Assembly: GCA_016748015.1 (NCBI GenBank)
Contig: JAAOMT010000316.1
Location: 33,886-97,885 of the forward strand
Reading direction: 5' to 3'
DNA: 64,000 nt
Source of the DNA: Geosiphon pyriformis uo1
Lineage: Eukaryota; Fungi; Glomeromycota
Below the pieces are notes generated by a model. That model ran no database searches. It saw only the letters and a list, made by a program, of their open reading frames with translations, and had not been told where the DNA came from. This document shows positions 26,261 through 39,982 of the stretch, in pieces. The position numbers were made by a program, and so were the translations under genes. The number at the start of each line of letters is the position of its first letter. Position 1 is the first letter of the stretch.

Positions 26261-27764
26261 CTTTTGAACGAGTTCTTTTATTCTTAAAGTTTTTCAAAGT
26301 GTAGATAAAATTGAAAAATATGATATAATGAGAATTTTAATAAAATAATATCTCTCTGAACTTTAATAAAGTAAATATTTTTAAGTCATAATTATTAAAG
26401 GCATTATAATTAGAGAAATTCATATAGGAATTATGATCATTGATTCTCAAAAGGTTGTTGATTTTCGACAAAGTTAAGATTATTAGAAACTTGCTCTTCC
26501 ATGGCTAGGTTTAATATAATAAATTCTATAATTATTAATAAATAAATAAATATCGTTCTATATTATTATTGTTCAAAAGGGTGTTTTAAAGTTGTTTTCG
26601 AATTTATTTTTCGCTTTACGTTTTAAATAATAGATATGGTTTCACAGCCAGATAATTTAAAGAATCATTAATGAAAACCATTATATGGCAATGATAATCA
26701 GTTGTTTTTTATTTTCATCTCACAGTTTCTTTGCATTGAAATAAACAAGAGACCAATGAAAATCAACTTATGTTTACATTTAACATTCTTCACCTCCTTA
26801 AAAGGCAACACAGGTTTAATAAGCGAAGAAGCTTTCTGTGGCATAAACAAGAAAATTTAAAAATGCTCTATTGAAACTTTTTACATACGGTGCAATTATG
26901 AGCTGCTGAGTGAGTTCTTTTAATTTCAAGGTTTTCCATTGATTGAAAATTATTATTTTATTATTATTATTATTATTACTATTATTATTAATATTTAGTA
27001 TTTTTAAAGTAATACTTTAAAAGGCGGAGTTCTCATTGTGATGACCGTTGTCCCAGAAGTACTTAACGACGTCACAGCTTGATTTTACACTAGATATAAA
27101 AGTACGAGTGGTAATGCAAATAAATAGAAGATTGTACGACATCAGGAGTAAAAAAAAATTTACTCGTAGGCTTTATTTACTTTTCGCCAGGACTGTAAAA
27201 AAAATTCTCAGAAAATGAAAGAAAAAGATTCCAAAGTGCGAAATTAGAAAATAGTTACGCTAATATTATGTTTCTAAAATGAATAAATAGAATTTAAAAT
27301 TTTTTGAGAATGAAAACTTTAGGATAATTTTTACCGTATTTTTGATTGCTTGAATCTAGACTAATATTTCTAATGGTTTTCTTAAATAATTTTATAACAA
27401 CTTAAACAGTCGATTGCAATTTTTTATCCTCTTCAGGGTTTATCCCTTTGTATATAAGTAGATTTTTTTACTTGCAATAGCTCCACTTAATTTTAGGTCA
27501 ATAGATAGCACTTTATCACTAAATAAATTTCTATTAGAATCTAGTCTTTAAATTAATTATTCATTTTATTACTTTTGTGTTCTCAATTATTATCGGGTAT
27601 AAAAATTTTGTGATTTCCTATGTAGTGAGCTTCCGCTTCCCAATAAAATGAACATAAAAATAAGAAGTTTCATCTAACATTATTTCCGAGACTTTTAGTG
27701 TCAAGTCTTAAGATTTTTACACTAAAATGTGATAACTAATTATAATATTGGGCTCTAATTTAAG

Positions 27765-28400
27765 TTACATCAAGTAACCAAAATAATTTCGCATACTTTC
27801 TTCCCAAAGTGTGAGTTTCATACAACCTCTGACTAGTATCAATTCTTCAAGAAAATTATAAAATTTCAAAGGCTGCATGATTAAAATTTAATTTCCTCCT
27901 TGGGGATGTTCATATTTACCACCCAATAAAAAATGTCCAGTGGTATAATTTGGGAATATTGATACTTTGTGTATATCCAAGCAATCTCCTCTGTGTGAAT
28001 GAAAACAAGCTAATTTTATTTCTTTTCCCACTGAATCCTACAAAAGTGTATCGCTGTTTCTATGAAATGTAGTCATAGCTTTTGGCGATATACGCTAATT
28101 TAAAAAAATAAAAGATTCAGAATAATAAAGATTTTGTAGTTTCTGAATTATTAGTCATTGCGTAGTATTAATCTTTGACTTAAATTTGAGGTGGAATCGC
28201 TAATAAACCGTGTTGTTTCATAAATTGAATTATTTATCATATCCGTTTAGTTTGATTGAATGTTTTTGCCTTAGAAAGAATATTTGATAAAACAGTTTCA
28301 AGGATTTGAGTATTAAAAAAGTCGCCATTTTTCTAGATTTTACTAGTGTCTTTCAGCTGTCTCCATAATTGGCACTCTATTTTAGAAAGATTTCTATTTT
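27765..28400 (-). pseudogene. Degraded lipase-class-3-like paralogue
   Basis: Minus strand ends ..WEESMRNYFGYLM*, matching the C-termini of the neighbouring paralogues (SLRNYFGNWM*, SIRNYFGNWL*). Upstream part disrupted; 5' limit uncertain. Confidence 0.45.
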
Positions 28401-29577
28401 CGAAGTTGTCTAATTCGAAACGCAAAGATTTCATACAACTTGAGAAAAAATTCTGATTTAAAACCACCAAAAAAGTACTAAATAAAGCGAATAGCAGTTG
28501 AATTGAACATATTGATAATAAGTGGCGAAATGAGCCCTAGCTCTTCCACACTTTTTTTAAATGGACATTTAAATATTTCTAATTTAGAGTTTTAAATGTT
28601 CTTGTAGCTTAAATGTCCCAGATGATGGTAATTATTTGAAGCAAATTTTTGGATTTTATATCATAATCTTTAAAATCATACACTTGGACAAGTGATTTTT
28701 CCATCTCACCTTATGTTATAGTATTTCACATTGTTTTTTTGGCTTAATTTCGCGAGCATCCTAAAATTATGAATATTCTATGTGCGTTTTTCATGTGAAA
28801 TAGAGTCAATTTAATTTTATGCCATTATTGCATTATTCAAAAAAGTTATTTGCAATGCAAATGAAATTACAGTATCTCTTGGCTTAGTTGTGTAAAGAAA
28901 TGAACCTTGAAGAATGTGTTAACCGCAGTTTTTAAAGCGATAAGTATATCAAATTTCAAATTACAGATATTCTTACTCAGGGTGGGTATAGGGGGGACAA
29001 GGAAAAAGAATAAAATTAATGGCAATGGCAGGAGTTACTATTACACCAGCTTCATCCGGTTCACTTTGAAACAATTAAATGAGAAGACAACCAATATTAT
29101 TGTGAATGAAAAAGTTTGTGAAATAATCATTTAAAATGTATATTGACAACCGAAAGTATAAAGATCTCACTTCTGTGTATCATGATAAAAGATGTTACTT
29201 GAAATAAACTTTCTTAATTATCCGGCTTAATTTCAAGAATAAAAAACTCGAAGATCAATTTTGCACAATGGTTAGTTAGTAATAAAAGGGTTTTTAATAG
29301 GGACTAAGAGGAACTTGATATTTTCAAATTTATTCATTGAAACTATAACTGCGTTCATGACAACAGGTAAAAGAACCAAAACTAAGCTGTAATTAGTGTA
29401 ATTATTAATCAATTTGACATTCGAAAACAATAAACCGAAAACTAAACTAAAAACTATAGACCGAAGAGTGTGTATAAACACATAATTAAATTTTGTCCGG
29501 TAGATATTTTGCTTTAATTGTGAATTTCCAAGAAGATATATATATCCTTAGTGAAAGTTTTAGGATTCGAAAACAAT

Positions 29578-30121
29578 ATGCTCAAAAAAAAGATAAAGAA
29601 CCTGAACTTAGTTCACTACCAATTGTCAATACGTCTAATCACAACGCTATATATTTCATTGAGCACACTTCTAATTCTTTCAAGTTGGGAAACTGTAAAT
29701 TTCTCAAAAAAAGTACAAAAATTATGGCAACAGCTGAAAGTATTAGTAAATCTTATGTACAGCTTTTGATTCACTCAACTTTCTAAATTAAAAATCGAAT
29801 ATTTTTTCAAATGAACCAATCGACCGAAATGTGGAAACAACAGAACCCTATAATAAATTATAGAATTTGGAAGCAAGACAAGACATCCAAGCAAAATAAT
29901 TCAATTAATCTTGATAATTTTCTAGCTCCTCGCTCGATAACTAAAGGTGATTCCAACAGAAGATTTAATCGAAGAGAGTTGCAACTTGATGATCCAATAG
30001 TTTTGAAATTGCATCAAGCCGCAAACTATGCAGCATTGGGCAGAGAGCGAGATACATGTAAATTTATTTAATTTTACAGAATAAAGTTTTTCATTTAATT
30101 TCATATTTCTTATACTCTTTC

Positions 30122-30158
<37 letters not shown>

Positions 30159-31113
30159 TGGCGCAAAATTCTGCTGATTTTCGTGAACCATCACTTGACG
30201 GTCGAGGGGGCACAACTCTGTTTTTAGCAATTGGAGGAAGACAATTAGCAATAGCATGGAGCTCTGCCCCCAAGAATTTAGTAGAATATTCTAAAGCAAC
30301 TAATGCAAAAGTTGATCAAACTATTTTTTGGCACTTTCAGAGAGTGAAAAAAGATGTCACTAATCGTATTCAAACGGTTTTAGACGAAGATCAAACAATT
30401 AATAAAATTGTATTTACTGGGCACTTTCTTCGGGGAGGTGTGAATTTAACCTCAATTATGCATACTTGCTTTTTATTGAAATTTCTGCTATTTCGTCTTA
30501 TTAAAAATAATATACTAATAGAATTCCCTTAAACGAATTCAGCATTGGCTATTCTTTTTGCGCTCGATACAAAAAATTACTTAATTAGCAAAAATCTCGT
30601 CTCAAAGTACGAAATCGAGGTTATGACATTTGGAACCCCAAGAATTGGGAACTTTCAATTTGCTCAATATGTAAACTCAAAGCTGCAAGAGCCACCATTT
30701 AGTGAAAGTAGCAATGAGATTGCAACAACAGTCTTTGACAAAGTTTTTCGCGTCACACATGGAGAGAGTGGGTTCTCCCAAGAGCCATTGAATATCGGTG
30801 ACAAAGCTGGGTATTTTCATCATGAAAGAGAGTATTGGATTAACCCTGTTATATCTTGCGATTGTGGGAAAGAAAAGGTTACAGGTTATGTGATTTTTGT
30901 ATGTTTTGGGGCTCTAAATGGTAATGAAAAGTATTTTGAGGAGCCTGAGGTCAGTATTTCAAATAATTTGTTTCTCAGAAAGCTTAGAATTGACTATAAA
31001 TTTTGTTTCCCCAATTTTATTAGGATTGTAATAAAATGGCGAATCAAGTAGCTTCAAAAGACCCCAAATATCGAGAAAAAAGCCTACGAAATTATTTTGG
31101 CAACTGGATGTAA
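29578..31113 (+). pseudogene. Lipase class 3-like gene L1 (5 exons; damaged splice acceptors, possibly non-functional)
   Basis: IVFTGHFLRG|ALAILFALD, VMTFGTPRIGN.QFAQYVN, RVTH, YFHHEREYWI. Exons ~29578-29739, ~29811-30057, ~30159-30437, 30543-30949, 31024-31113. The intron 2 acceptor is TAC where paralogue L2 has TAG, and there is no clear intron 1 acceptor. Confidence 0.7.
30124..30157. repeat. (TA)n microsatellite in intron
   Basis: Perfect AT dinucleotide run directly before the exon 3 boundary of L1. Confidence 0.95.
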
Positions 31114-32279
31114 CCTCAATAATAACTTAATTCTTGGAATAATTATTTGTTTTCAACTCATTGAATTGAGAGTAAAGTAACACATTAACAAATAGCAAAA
31201 AATAAGTAAGCAAAATTAATTGTGTTTCAAAACCTGTGAAATGTTGCACGTTTTCAATTTTTTTAGAGTTAAATTGCCAACAAATATAGATTTTTATATA
31301 TTTTAAAACATTTAAAAATTTAATATAATTTAAATTTTTTGTAAAATTGATATTTTTATAGTAGGATTATTAAATTTTTTTATTTTTTATTATAATAAAC
31401 ATCAATTTTACATTATTATATAATTTAAACTATTAATTAAAAAATTTGTTGGTAATATTAAGTACAAACAAATTTCTGTATTTCTTGCTAATTTTTTTAA
31501 TTAATTTAAAGTTTTTCATTTTAGTAATTAATAATTGAACATAAAATGTTTCATTATATTACAAATACATTAGCAACAAAAAAATGATTTTTGAAATTTC
31601 TTTAAGTTTATTATTATTACCTTATTATTAATATTTAAACAAAAGTTTATAAAGTAAAATTTTATTCAAATAAACTGAGAGAATTTTAATTAATAGCAAA
31701 AATGAATATGTTTAAAAATAAATAGAAAAATATATTGATAATATAATTAATGATAATAAAAAGATATAAAAAAAAATGATTAAATAGAAAATTAATTAGA
31801 ACTTAAAAACTGGTAACAATAAGTTACATCTCATTTTTTTTAAAAATCTATTTTAAAATTTTGATTCTTGAGCCAATAATTTTTTACTTTGAAAAATACT
31901 ATTGGAAATAAGCAGTTTTTCTTATAGATTGTTACCATATTTTATATTTGTAAAAGAATAGAATCATTTGCCATTGGAAATCTTAATGGTCATCATTACA
32001 GTGTTTCAACAGAAACATTATGTCTCTGATTGTGCTCATGCTTATATAAATTGTGCTATATGTCAATAAAAAATTTATTAAAGAAAGTGTAGAATTGATA
32101 GATGCAGTGTATTACCTTCATAGGATTTATGTATGTTAGATATATCATTTTTATTTTTTCTGAAATGTTTGAAAACACTAATGGTTTGAATGCATCTTTA
32201 TTCCCAATGATTTTAAATGAAATTTAGTTAAATTGCTTATTCCCTTGAAATGGCATATAACACTGAATTAGGAAATCAA

Positions 32280-33806
32280 CTATATCAAGCTACCAAAATA
32301 ATCTCGTACCCATCCTGCTCGAGTTAACAATCGTGATGCTTCAGAACTTGCTATTTTATTACAATCCTGATTGATTGTTAAAAAAGAAAACTTGTCTTTA
32401 ATTTACCGTTTTAAAATATTCAACTGATGGAATTTAGAACACTTACTTCAGGCTCTTCAACATAATTTTCATTATGATTCCGGACTCCGAAACATACATA
32501 AAGCTCATACCCAATAATCGTCGCTTTCTCAGGAGGACAATCACAAGACTTCACCGGCTTGATCCAATATTCTTTTTCAAAGTGAAAGTAACCAGCATTT
32601 CCATTGGTTTGAATTGGGATTTGTGGTAAATAGCTATCTCCATGGGTGACACGAAAAACCTGCAACCTCGAGTTTACATATTGAGCAAATTGAAGGTTGC
32701 CCATTCTTGGTGATCCAAATGTTATAACCTCGATTTGGTATTTTGGCATTAAATTTTTTTCAATGAGCCATTTTTTTGTGTCAAGTGCGAAAAGAACAGC
32801 TAAGGCTAGATTAAATTTTAGTATCTATTTATTAAGAATTCTTGTGTATTCATCAAAATTAACTCTCTACGAATGAGGTCAACACATACCACCACGTATA
32901 AAACTTCCAGTAAATATAATTTTTTTGACCGTTGGGTGAGTATTCAAAATTACTTCAATACGGCTAGCGACATCTGATTTTACTGCCTGAAAATGCTTTA
33001 AAACAGTTTCTTCAACTTTCCCACCACTAAAATCTTGTGGATATTTAACCAAATTCATGGGTGAAAGAGCCCACTCTCGTGCTAGATCATTATTATGAAA
33101 TGGTAAAAACAGAATTTTATTGTCTTGATCGTCAAGTTCTGGTTCATGAAAATTAGCTAAATTTTGCGGCACTATATTTTAGAAATATATTTGATAGATA
33201 AAATAATATGAGATATAAAGTAAAAATATAAAAATTTTATCGACAAAAGTTAAAACTCTTACTTTGACCTCTCCATTTGCTTCCCGCTGTATAGTATGCA
33301 GCTTTTTTAAATTTCTGTATTATTGGATTATCGAGTGGTATCAATCTTCGATTTAATATTTGCCTAGAACCGCCTTCCGTCATCGATCCGGAAACCAAAA
33401 AATTATGTGATTTCTTTTCTTGAATTTTAGAATGAATTGAATTATGATGCCTGGATAAAATAGTCCGTTTCCAAATGAATTCATTGCTTAAATCGCGTTG
33501 TTGTTGGGAAACCTTGCTTGATTCATTTGTTTTTATATTTTGTACTTAAAAAGAAGATTTGACATTTCATTTATACATAATTTAGACTGTGAAATTAAAG
33601 CTTTTATAAATACCTTTCAGCTGCCATAAGTCTCGTTTTTTTTTAGAAACATTTCTATGGTCAATGTTTTCTAGCTCGAGCCCAGAGGATATATTAGAAT
33701 TTGAGAGAAACAAAAATACGCAAAGCGCCGTTATCAATCCTATCGGTATTGGGTAGCGAAATAAGTTCAGTTTTGTACAAATTTTTTTGACCATGTTCGT
33801 TTTCAT
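32280..33806 (-). CDS. Lipase class 3-like protein L2 (alpha/beta hydrolase fold, catalytic residues absent), N-terminal hydrophobic segment
   Basis: Five exons splice in frame with GT-AG introns: 33806-33614, 33544-33263, 33171-32890, 32805-32447, 32366-32280. Motifs IIFTGSFIRGALAVLFAL, ITFGSPRMGN, RVTHGDSYLPQIP, YFHFEKEYWI, WVRDYFG. Confidence 0.85.
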
Positions 33807-35891
33807 GGTTCACATTTTTACTTGATGATTTTATAGATTTGAATGTATAGATAAAGATAAATATTTTAATGATTCCACACAGATTACCAACTCCTATCTT
33901 GGAAATTTCGCCAATCTATTTTGGTCGTCTTATGTGCTATAGATTTTTTAGGCTAGATCATAAATAAAAGCTTCTTAATATCTAAATTGGGTTATGCGTT
34001 CAAAAAAATGCTGGAATACTTATTTATTTCACAATCAGAGGTCTTTTTTTCACTAATTAGGAAAATTTGTTCATCTTATTTATAGCTATAAAATCAATTT
34101 CCTTTGTTCCAAGTTTCATTTTGAATTATAACAGTATTTTTTATGAAAAACACTATCCAAAAAATTTTCATGATGTTTAGATAATTGGTAATTAAAAATC
34201 TTATATATTGGCATAGAAATATTTTTACAATAAAAAGATTAATAATTTCAGCAATTTCTTGCGTAAATTCCCATCTCCATTTGTTGAATAGTCGGTAACT
34301 CGGATAATATGAGTGCATGAGTGATATAAAACTGTTTTTCGTTTAGCTAGTTCTCATATACCAGGAGAAGGTAAGATAAGCTACTAAATATTTGTTAAAA
34401 ATTTCGGATACAAATCTAAAAATATTTGTTCAAATTAACTTTTTTATTGTAAACTTTTGCTATTCTCTGTTATTAAAACCCTATTTAATTAACTATTTAA
34501 CTTTCAAATAAAAATTTGGAAAAATGTTACAAAACAAATATTATGCAACAAACATAAAAATCTTGATAACATAAAAATATATATATGAAATTGTCAAAAT
34601 TTAATTGCAAATAATTATATATTTGTACAATACAGGAAAAAATAGCAAAAAAAACAAACTTTTTATCGCAAATATTTAGCTGGTTTTCAAACAAGATAAA
34701 ACAATCATTTATGGCTGCATGTAATAAAATATGAATATCTTTAGTTTTTACTTATATTATACACTTAAAAGTTTCATTATTATTAACCGAAAATGGATAT
34801 CAAGTTCTAATTCTTATGCAATTTTTGATTTTTAGAAAGTTCCAAGTCTTAATCAAATCTATTTGATTGTTTGCCAAGTAATAATGGTTTATTTTAAATT
34901 AGAATTCGATCCGTCTGAAAATCTTGAGTTGAAATTTTATTAAAGTAAAATTTAATTTTGTAATTAAGATGACGTTTTTTTCGAAGATAAAGTATTTTTT
35001 AATAATTTCTATATTTTTTTACTTAAACTTGGAAACAAATTCATTCTTTTTAACAGCAAATAAAGGGTTTGAAAAAAGAATAGGTTTAAATTTCAAAGGG
35101 TTTCCAGAGGAATCTTCTCAAACTCGGTTGCTTTTTAAAATTCAAATAAATTAAAATAAATGTGATATTTACAATGCTTTAATATGGATCTGAACAAAAA
35201 TAACACTATTATTCCTGATATAATTCTTAATAATGAAATATTTGGAAAATTAAATAATATTAATTAAATAGCCGAAAATCAATTTAATAAGATAGTATTT
35301 TTTATAAAAGCTTTTAATTTTATCAAACCAAAATTAATTCTACTAAATGGTGGATGCATTGAAGTTTTAATTAGTATTATTAATTACTGTTTATTCACAA
35401 ATTATCTCATTTTGAGTGTGGAATTAATTTTCCAACTTACGTATATTGAGAATATGATTATTTTGGTACAAAGTTGAAATAAAATATCCAATATATTTGA
35501 AAAAATCTCGGATTAAATTTTCAGGCATCCATTTAACATTCAAAATCTTATAATCCTAGTCTTTTTAAAGTTATCATTATTAATTTTTTTGTTTCTAGAT
35601 AAATAAGGGTCATAAAAGAAATATACCGAATTTTTAGAAAGCTAGACGAGAGTTTAAGATAAGTATTGAAAGATTTAGCAATTTAAAATGAAGCTTAAAG
35701 TTGTCGGGAAAAAGTTAGAAGGGAAAGAAAGGAAGAACTTGAGATTCAGAATGAAATGATATTAATTGGTAGATCAGATTTGAACTCTATAAACAAATCT
35801 CATCAAACATCATAATATTTATTATGATATTGATATCATTTATATTTCTTCGTGCAGAATTTTTTAATCGTGAGAAACACATTTTAAAAAA

Positions 35892-37315
35892 ATGTTAATG
35901 AGCTCGATTACGGCGGCATCTGTTTCGCTAGGCATCTTTTTGGCACTTTCGAATTGTCAGAGATCATTTTGTTATGAGCTAAAAAACGTAGAAAATAACA
36001 ATCTCTTTTTAATAGGAAGGCAAAAATTGAAAGGTATTGGCAAATTCGATACATAGTTTTCTGTTCTACCGATATTGGGACCTAAAAATCAGATGTTCTT
36101 TTCAAAACCAAGATAGCAAAATGAAACAATCCAACAAATTTTCGGAACAAGAAGATCGGACAATTAAATTTGAGGTCGATAGAAATTTACGACCAAGTTT
36201 AATGGCTTCCGACTCGATAACGGGAGGCGATTCCAGCCAAAGCTTAACCCAGATGTTATCCTCTAATGATCCAATAATTAAAAAATTAACTAATGCCGCA
36301 CGCTATGCAGCCATAAAAAATGGACGACCTATAGGTATTAAAGCCTTGGACTTCTTGCAAATAAAAATTTTATTTCCATTATTCTGATCCAATATTGGCT
36401 CAATTAGTTAGTTTTACTGAAAGATCGTCTCTTGATAGAACTCTGTTCATAAGATTTTTTATGGAAAATATAGCGCTAGATTGGGCCCTTTCTCGAAGAC
36501 GTTTAGCTAACTATCCACAAGGCGTTTCTGGTGAAAAAATTGATAGGGTTATTTTGTCATATTATCAAGAAATGCAGTCAGGTTTTGTTCGTCAGATGGA
36601 AGCACGTTTTAGTATCAGCGAAAAGATTGATAAAATTGTATTTACTGGATTTTTTGTGAGTGGTGGTATGTGTAGATTTTATTCATGCAGATTTAATTTT
36701 GATTGCAATTTAAAAACTTTTTGGGGAAGTCTATAATAATGCAACTCAACTTCATATTACTTTAGCTTTGGCTGTTCTTTTCGCACTGGACATGAAAAAT
36801 GACCTGATTAGAAAAAAAGTCGCTTCGATGTACGAAATTGAAGTTGTAACATTTGGGACACCAAGATTTGGGAATTTTCAATTTGCTCAATATGTAAACT
36901 CAAAATTGCAAGGGCCATCTAGTACTGTTGGATTAGTTATTGATAAAGTTTTTCGTGTTACGCACGGAGATGATATTTTTTCTCAAGAGCCATGGAACAC
37001 TATTGGCAAAACTGGATATTTTCATCATGAACGAGAGTATTGGATTAATCCTGTGAACTCCTGTGATTGTATTACTAAGAAAGAGACAAATGAGGCGCAT
37101 CAAATTTTTCGATGTTTTGGGGCTTTTAATGCTGATGAAGAATATTTTGAGGAGCCTCAGGTTTATTATAAGTTATTTTATTGTTTGGAATCAAAAAGAA
37201 TTTATGAAATAACAAAATATCTTTTCCCAACTATCAGGAATGCAATAGAAGAGCAAGTCTTGCGTCTCCGCGAATCTATAAAAGTATACGCAATTATTTT
37301 GGCAATTGGCTATAG
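35892..37315 (+). CDS. Lipase class 3-like protein L3 (catalytic Ser/His absent), predicted signal peptide
   Basis: Exons 35892-36033, ~36113-36334, 36408-36665, 36766-37160, 37238-37315 splice in frame (first acceptor least certain). N-terminus MLMSSITAASVSLGIFLALSNC; motifs IVFTGFFVSGALAVLFAL, VTFGTPRFGN, RVTHGDDIFSQEP, SIRNYFG. Confidence 0.82.
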
Positions 37316-37849
37316 TTAAACGAGAAACCCAATTATATATGAAGTATAATTAAGCAAGCGAAATTCTAAAATTAATTGGATCAACTCTGTTTTAGAATTG
37401 AACCGAGTTACAGACCCTATTGAAAATATCGGTTTGAAATGTTATTCACAAAACTCTGCTTTAATATTCTAAATGAAGAATTCAAATCAAATTTCCAGTC
37501 GGACTTTTGAAGATCGATTAAAAATGTGTTTGGCATATTCATAAAACATTTTATCGACCATAAGGGTAACAAAATGAAAGTTTAGATTGAAAATTTGATG
37601 TCAAGTTTGGAAACATATTTCGTGTGTTTCCTTATTTTACTTATTAATGAAAAAGGAGTCTTAATTATTCAGATTTTATCCACATTATGGAAAGCCTTAA
37701 ATTTTATTTGGAAACTTATAATTGCAACGAAATGAAACCTCATTGAAATAACCAATTGAATGATTTTTTATGGATCACAAAAAAATATTTTAAACTGAGA
37801 ATTCAAAATATGAAATGCAATGAGGATTTTTTTAGTTCTGATCTTCCCT

Positions 37850-37895
37850 AACTTGATCGACATAATGGTCACCTATATATAAATAAAGAATTTTG
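37850..37895 (+). promoter_or_regulatory. Conserved upstream block of Myb family A genes (TATA-like)
   Basis: AACTTGATCGACAT..TGGTCA.CT.TAT(A)TAAA recurs upstream of the paralogues (~54530-54570 +; ~43915-43952, ~50790-50820, ~60780-60810 -), and homology stops just beyond it. Confidence 0.45.
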
Positions 37896-37938
37896 CACTC
37901 AAAACATTTGTTTATCACTTATTTTTTCAATCTAAGTC

Positions 37939-38948
37939 ATGATCAAATTACATTCTAACTATACCACAGGCTTTACGATTTGTATTTGGTCAAATTTAAT
38001 GAAACTAAATTTAAGTAAAAAGGAGGTAAGCTACTGCAAATAATCCGCATTCAATAAATAGAAAAGTTTTCTTATTCACCTATGAATTAGCTGATGGTTA
38101 CTAGCCAAAAGGATCATAAAATTCCTGGCCTAAGATATCATTGGACTTCGGAAGAAAAACAAAATCTCATTGAGCTACAAAAGAAGTACAGTTCAAATTG
38201 GAAGTTGATTTCTCACAAATATTTTCCTTCAAAAACAATCTCAGCTCTGAAAAATAAATTTTTAAGCTTAAGCACTGGCGAAAGTATTATTGATGATAGA
38301 TTAACCAAAAAGGTGCAGAAATGGACACTTGAAGAGGATGAGGAGCTACAATTGGCTGTCAAAAAACATTTGATCCATGGTAAAATCAATTGGAAAGCTA
38401 TATTTTTAACAGGCTGTTTTCCTAAAAGAAGTGTTAAAAGTTTAACAAGTCGATATTACGATTATTTAACGGAACCGAAACGTGGGCCATGGACTAAAAA
38501 TGAAGATGAACAACTGCGCAATTTAGTTCAGACACATGGCAAAAAATGGTCAAAAATAAGTCGTACTCTTCAAAGGCCCCCTAAGCACATACGATACCGC
38601 TATACCCACTTTTTGTCACCAGGGAGTAAGATTGGTTGTTGGACGCCTGAAGAATTCAAAATATTGGCCGAGGAAGCAGGAAAGTTCAATGAAAATTGGG
38701 AAGAAATCCAGCAATTAATACCCGGGCGACCTTTAAATTACATTAAAAAACTTTATTTTAATTCCCCAAAAGTTCAAAGGAAGTTCAATAGTGGAAAATG
38801 GAATGATATAGAAATACATAACTTAAATGAAGCATTAAAAGGCTTTGGTAAAAATTTTCAAAAGCTTTCAGAGGCTGTAGCTACGAGAAGCCCCGAACAA
38901 TGTTATCAAAGGACTTATTTCTGTGCTGAGAAAAAACAAAGAGTTTAA
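37939..38948 (+). CDS. Five-repeat Myb/SANT DNA-binding protein, family A copy A1
   Basis: Exon 1 37939-38025, 65-nt GTAAGC..TTAG intron, exon 2 38091-38948 in frame. Five W-T/N-x-x-E repeats (WTSEE, WTLEED, WTKNED, WTPEE, WNDIE). Confidence 0.9.
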
Positions 38949-39454
38949 TGAACTTGTTGCTTGCCAAAAAAAATCTCGCAAGATTATTATACGAGATTGT
39001 TTTTTTATATCGATAAAATTCTAAAATTAAAGCAAAAAAGGAATATATTAGCTTTGAACTTTCCAACCAAGTCCAAAATTTTAAGAAACTACTACCTTGA
39101 TAATTGAGATTTTTAATTTCAAAGATTTGATTGAATTGGACTGGATTTTTTTAAAGATATTTTGTAACAGCAGACCTGAAATTAAATTATAGATATATTT
39201 TCTTTATACTTATATAATTGCATTAATTATCATGAGTTCTTGGGAAAAACTGTTGAAACCCGGCTGATTTTCGGCACAATATGTTTGATTGTGAAGCTTG
39301 CTTATTGTGAACATTTTTCGGCTTAAAATGGAAATCTTTTATTTTAAGTTTAATCTTTAATAATGAGATTAAGGATTAAACGTTTATATTAATCATTTTT
39401 TTAGTTAGATTAATAAATTTAAATTCTCATAATAGTCACTCTGATTTTATCTGC

Positions 39455-39931
39455 ATCATGAAAAATCTTTTAAATAAAAGAACTCGTCCAGAAACTCATG
39501 ATTGCAACTAGTGTGAAATATGTCAAAAGAGCATTAGGAATAATGATTTAAGTAATAAGTGTAGAGCATGCCAATTCATATTTTTTAAAAATTTTACAAG
39601 GACTTTTCAAGCGAAAATAAATTAGTTGATGAAACCATTAAGAATCCAATTTATATTCCACCTATTGATAAAAAAAGATCAGTATGGTAGAGTTAATTAC
39701 TATAATTGGATTCCATGGGATCGTTTAAAGAATATCAAAAAAAATTGGTGAAGGAGGGTTCGCAATTTATAAAACAACATGAATTGATGGAAGAATTGAT
39801 TCAACTAGTATAAAACATCATGATACAATGAAATATAAAAGAATTAAATATAGAGACAGCAAGGAAGTAGCAATAAAATTTGTGAAGACGTCTTTACAGA
39901 ATGATGAAGAAGTATTCAAAGAGGCAATCAA

Positions 39932-39982
<51 letters not shown>

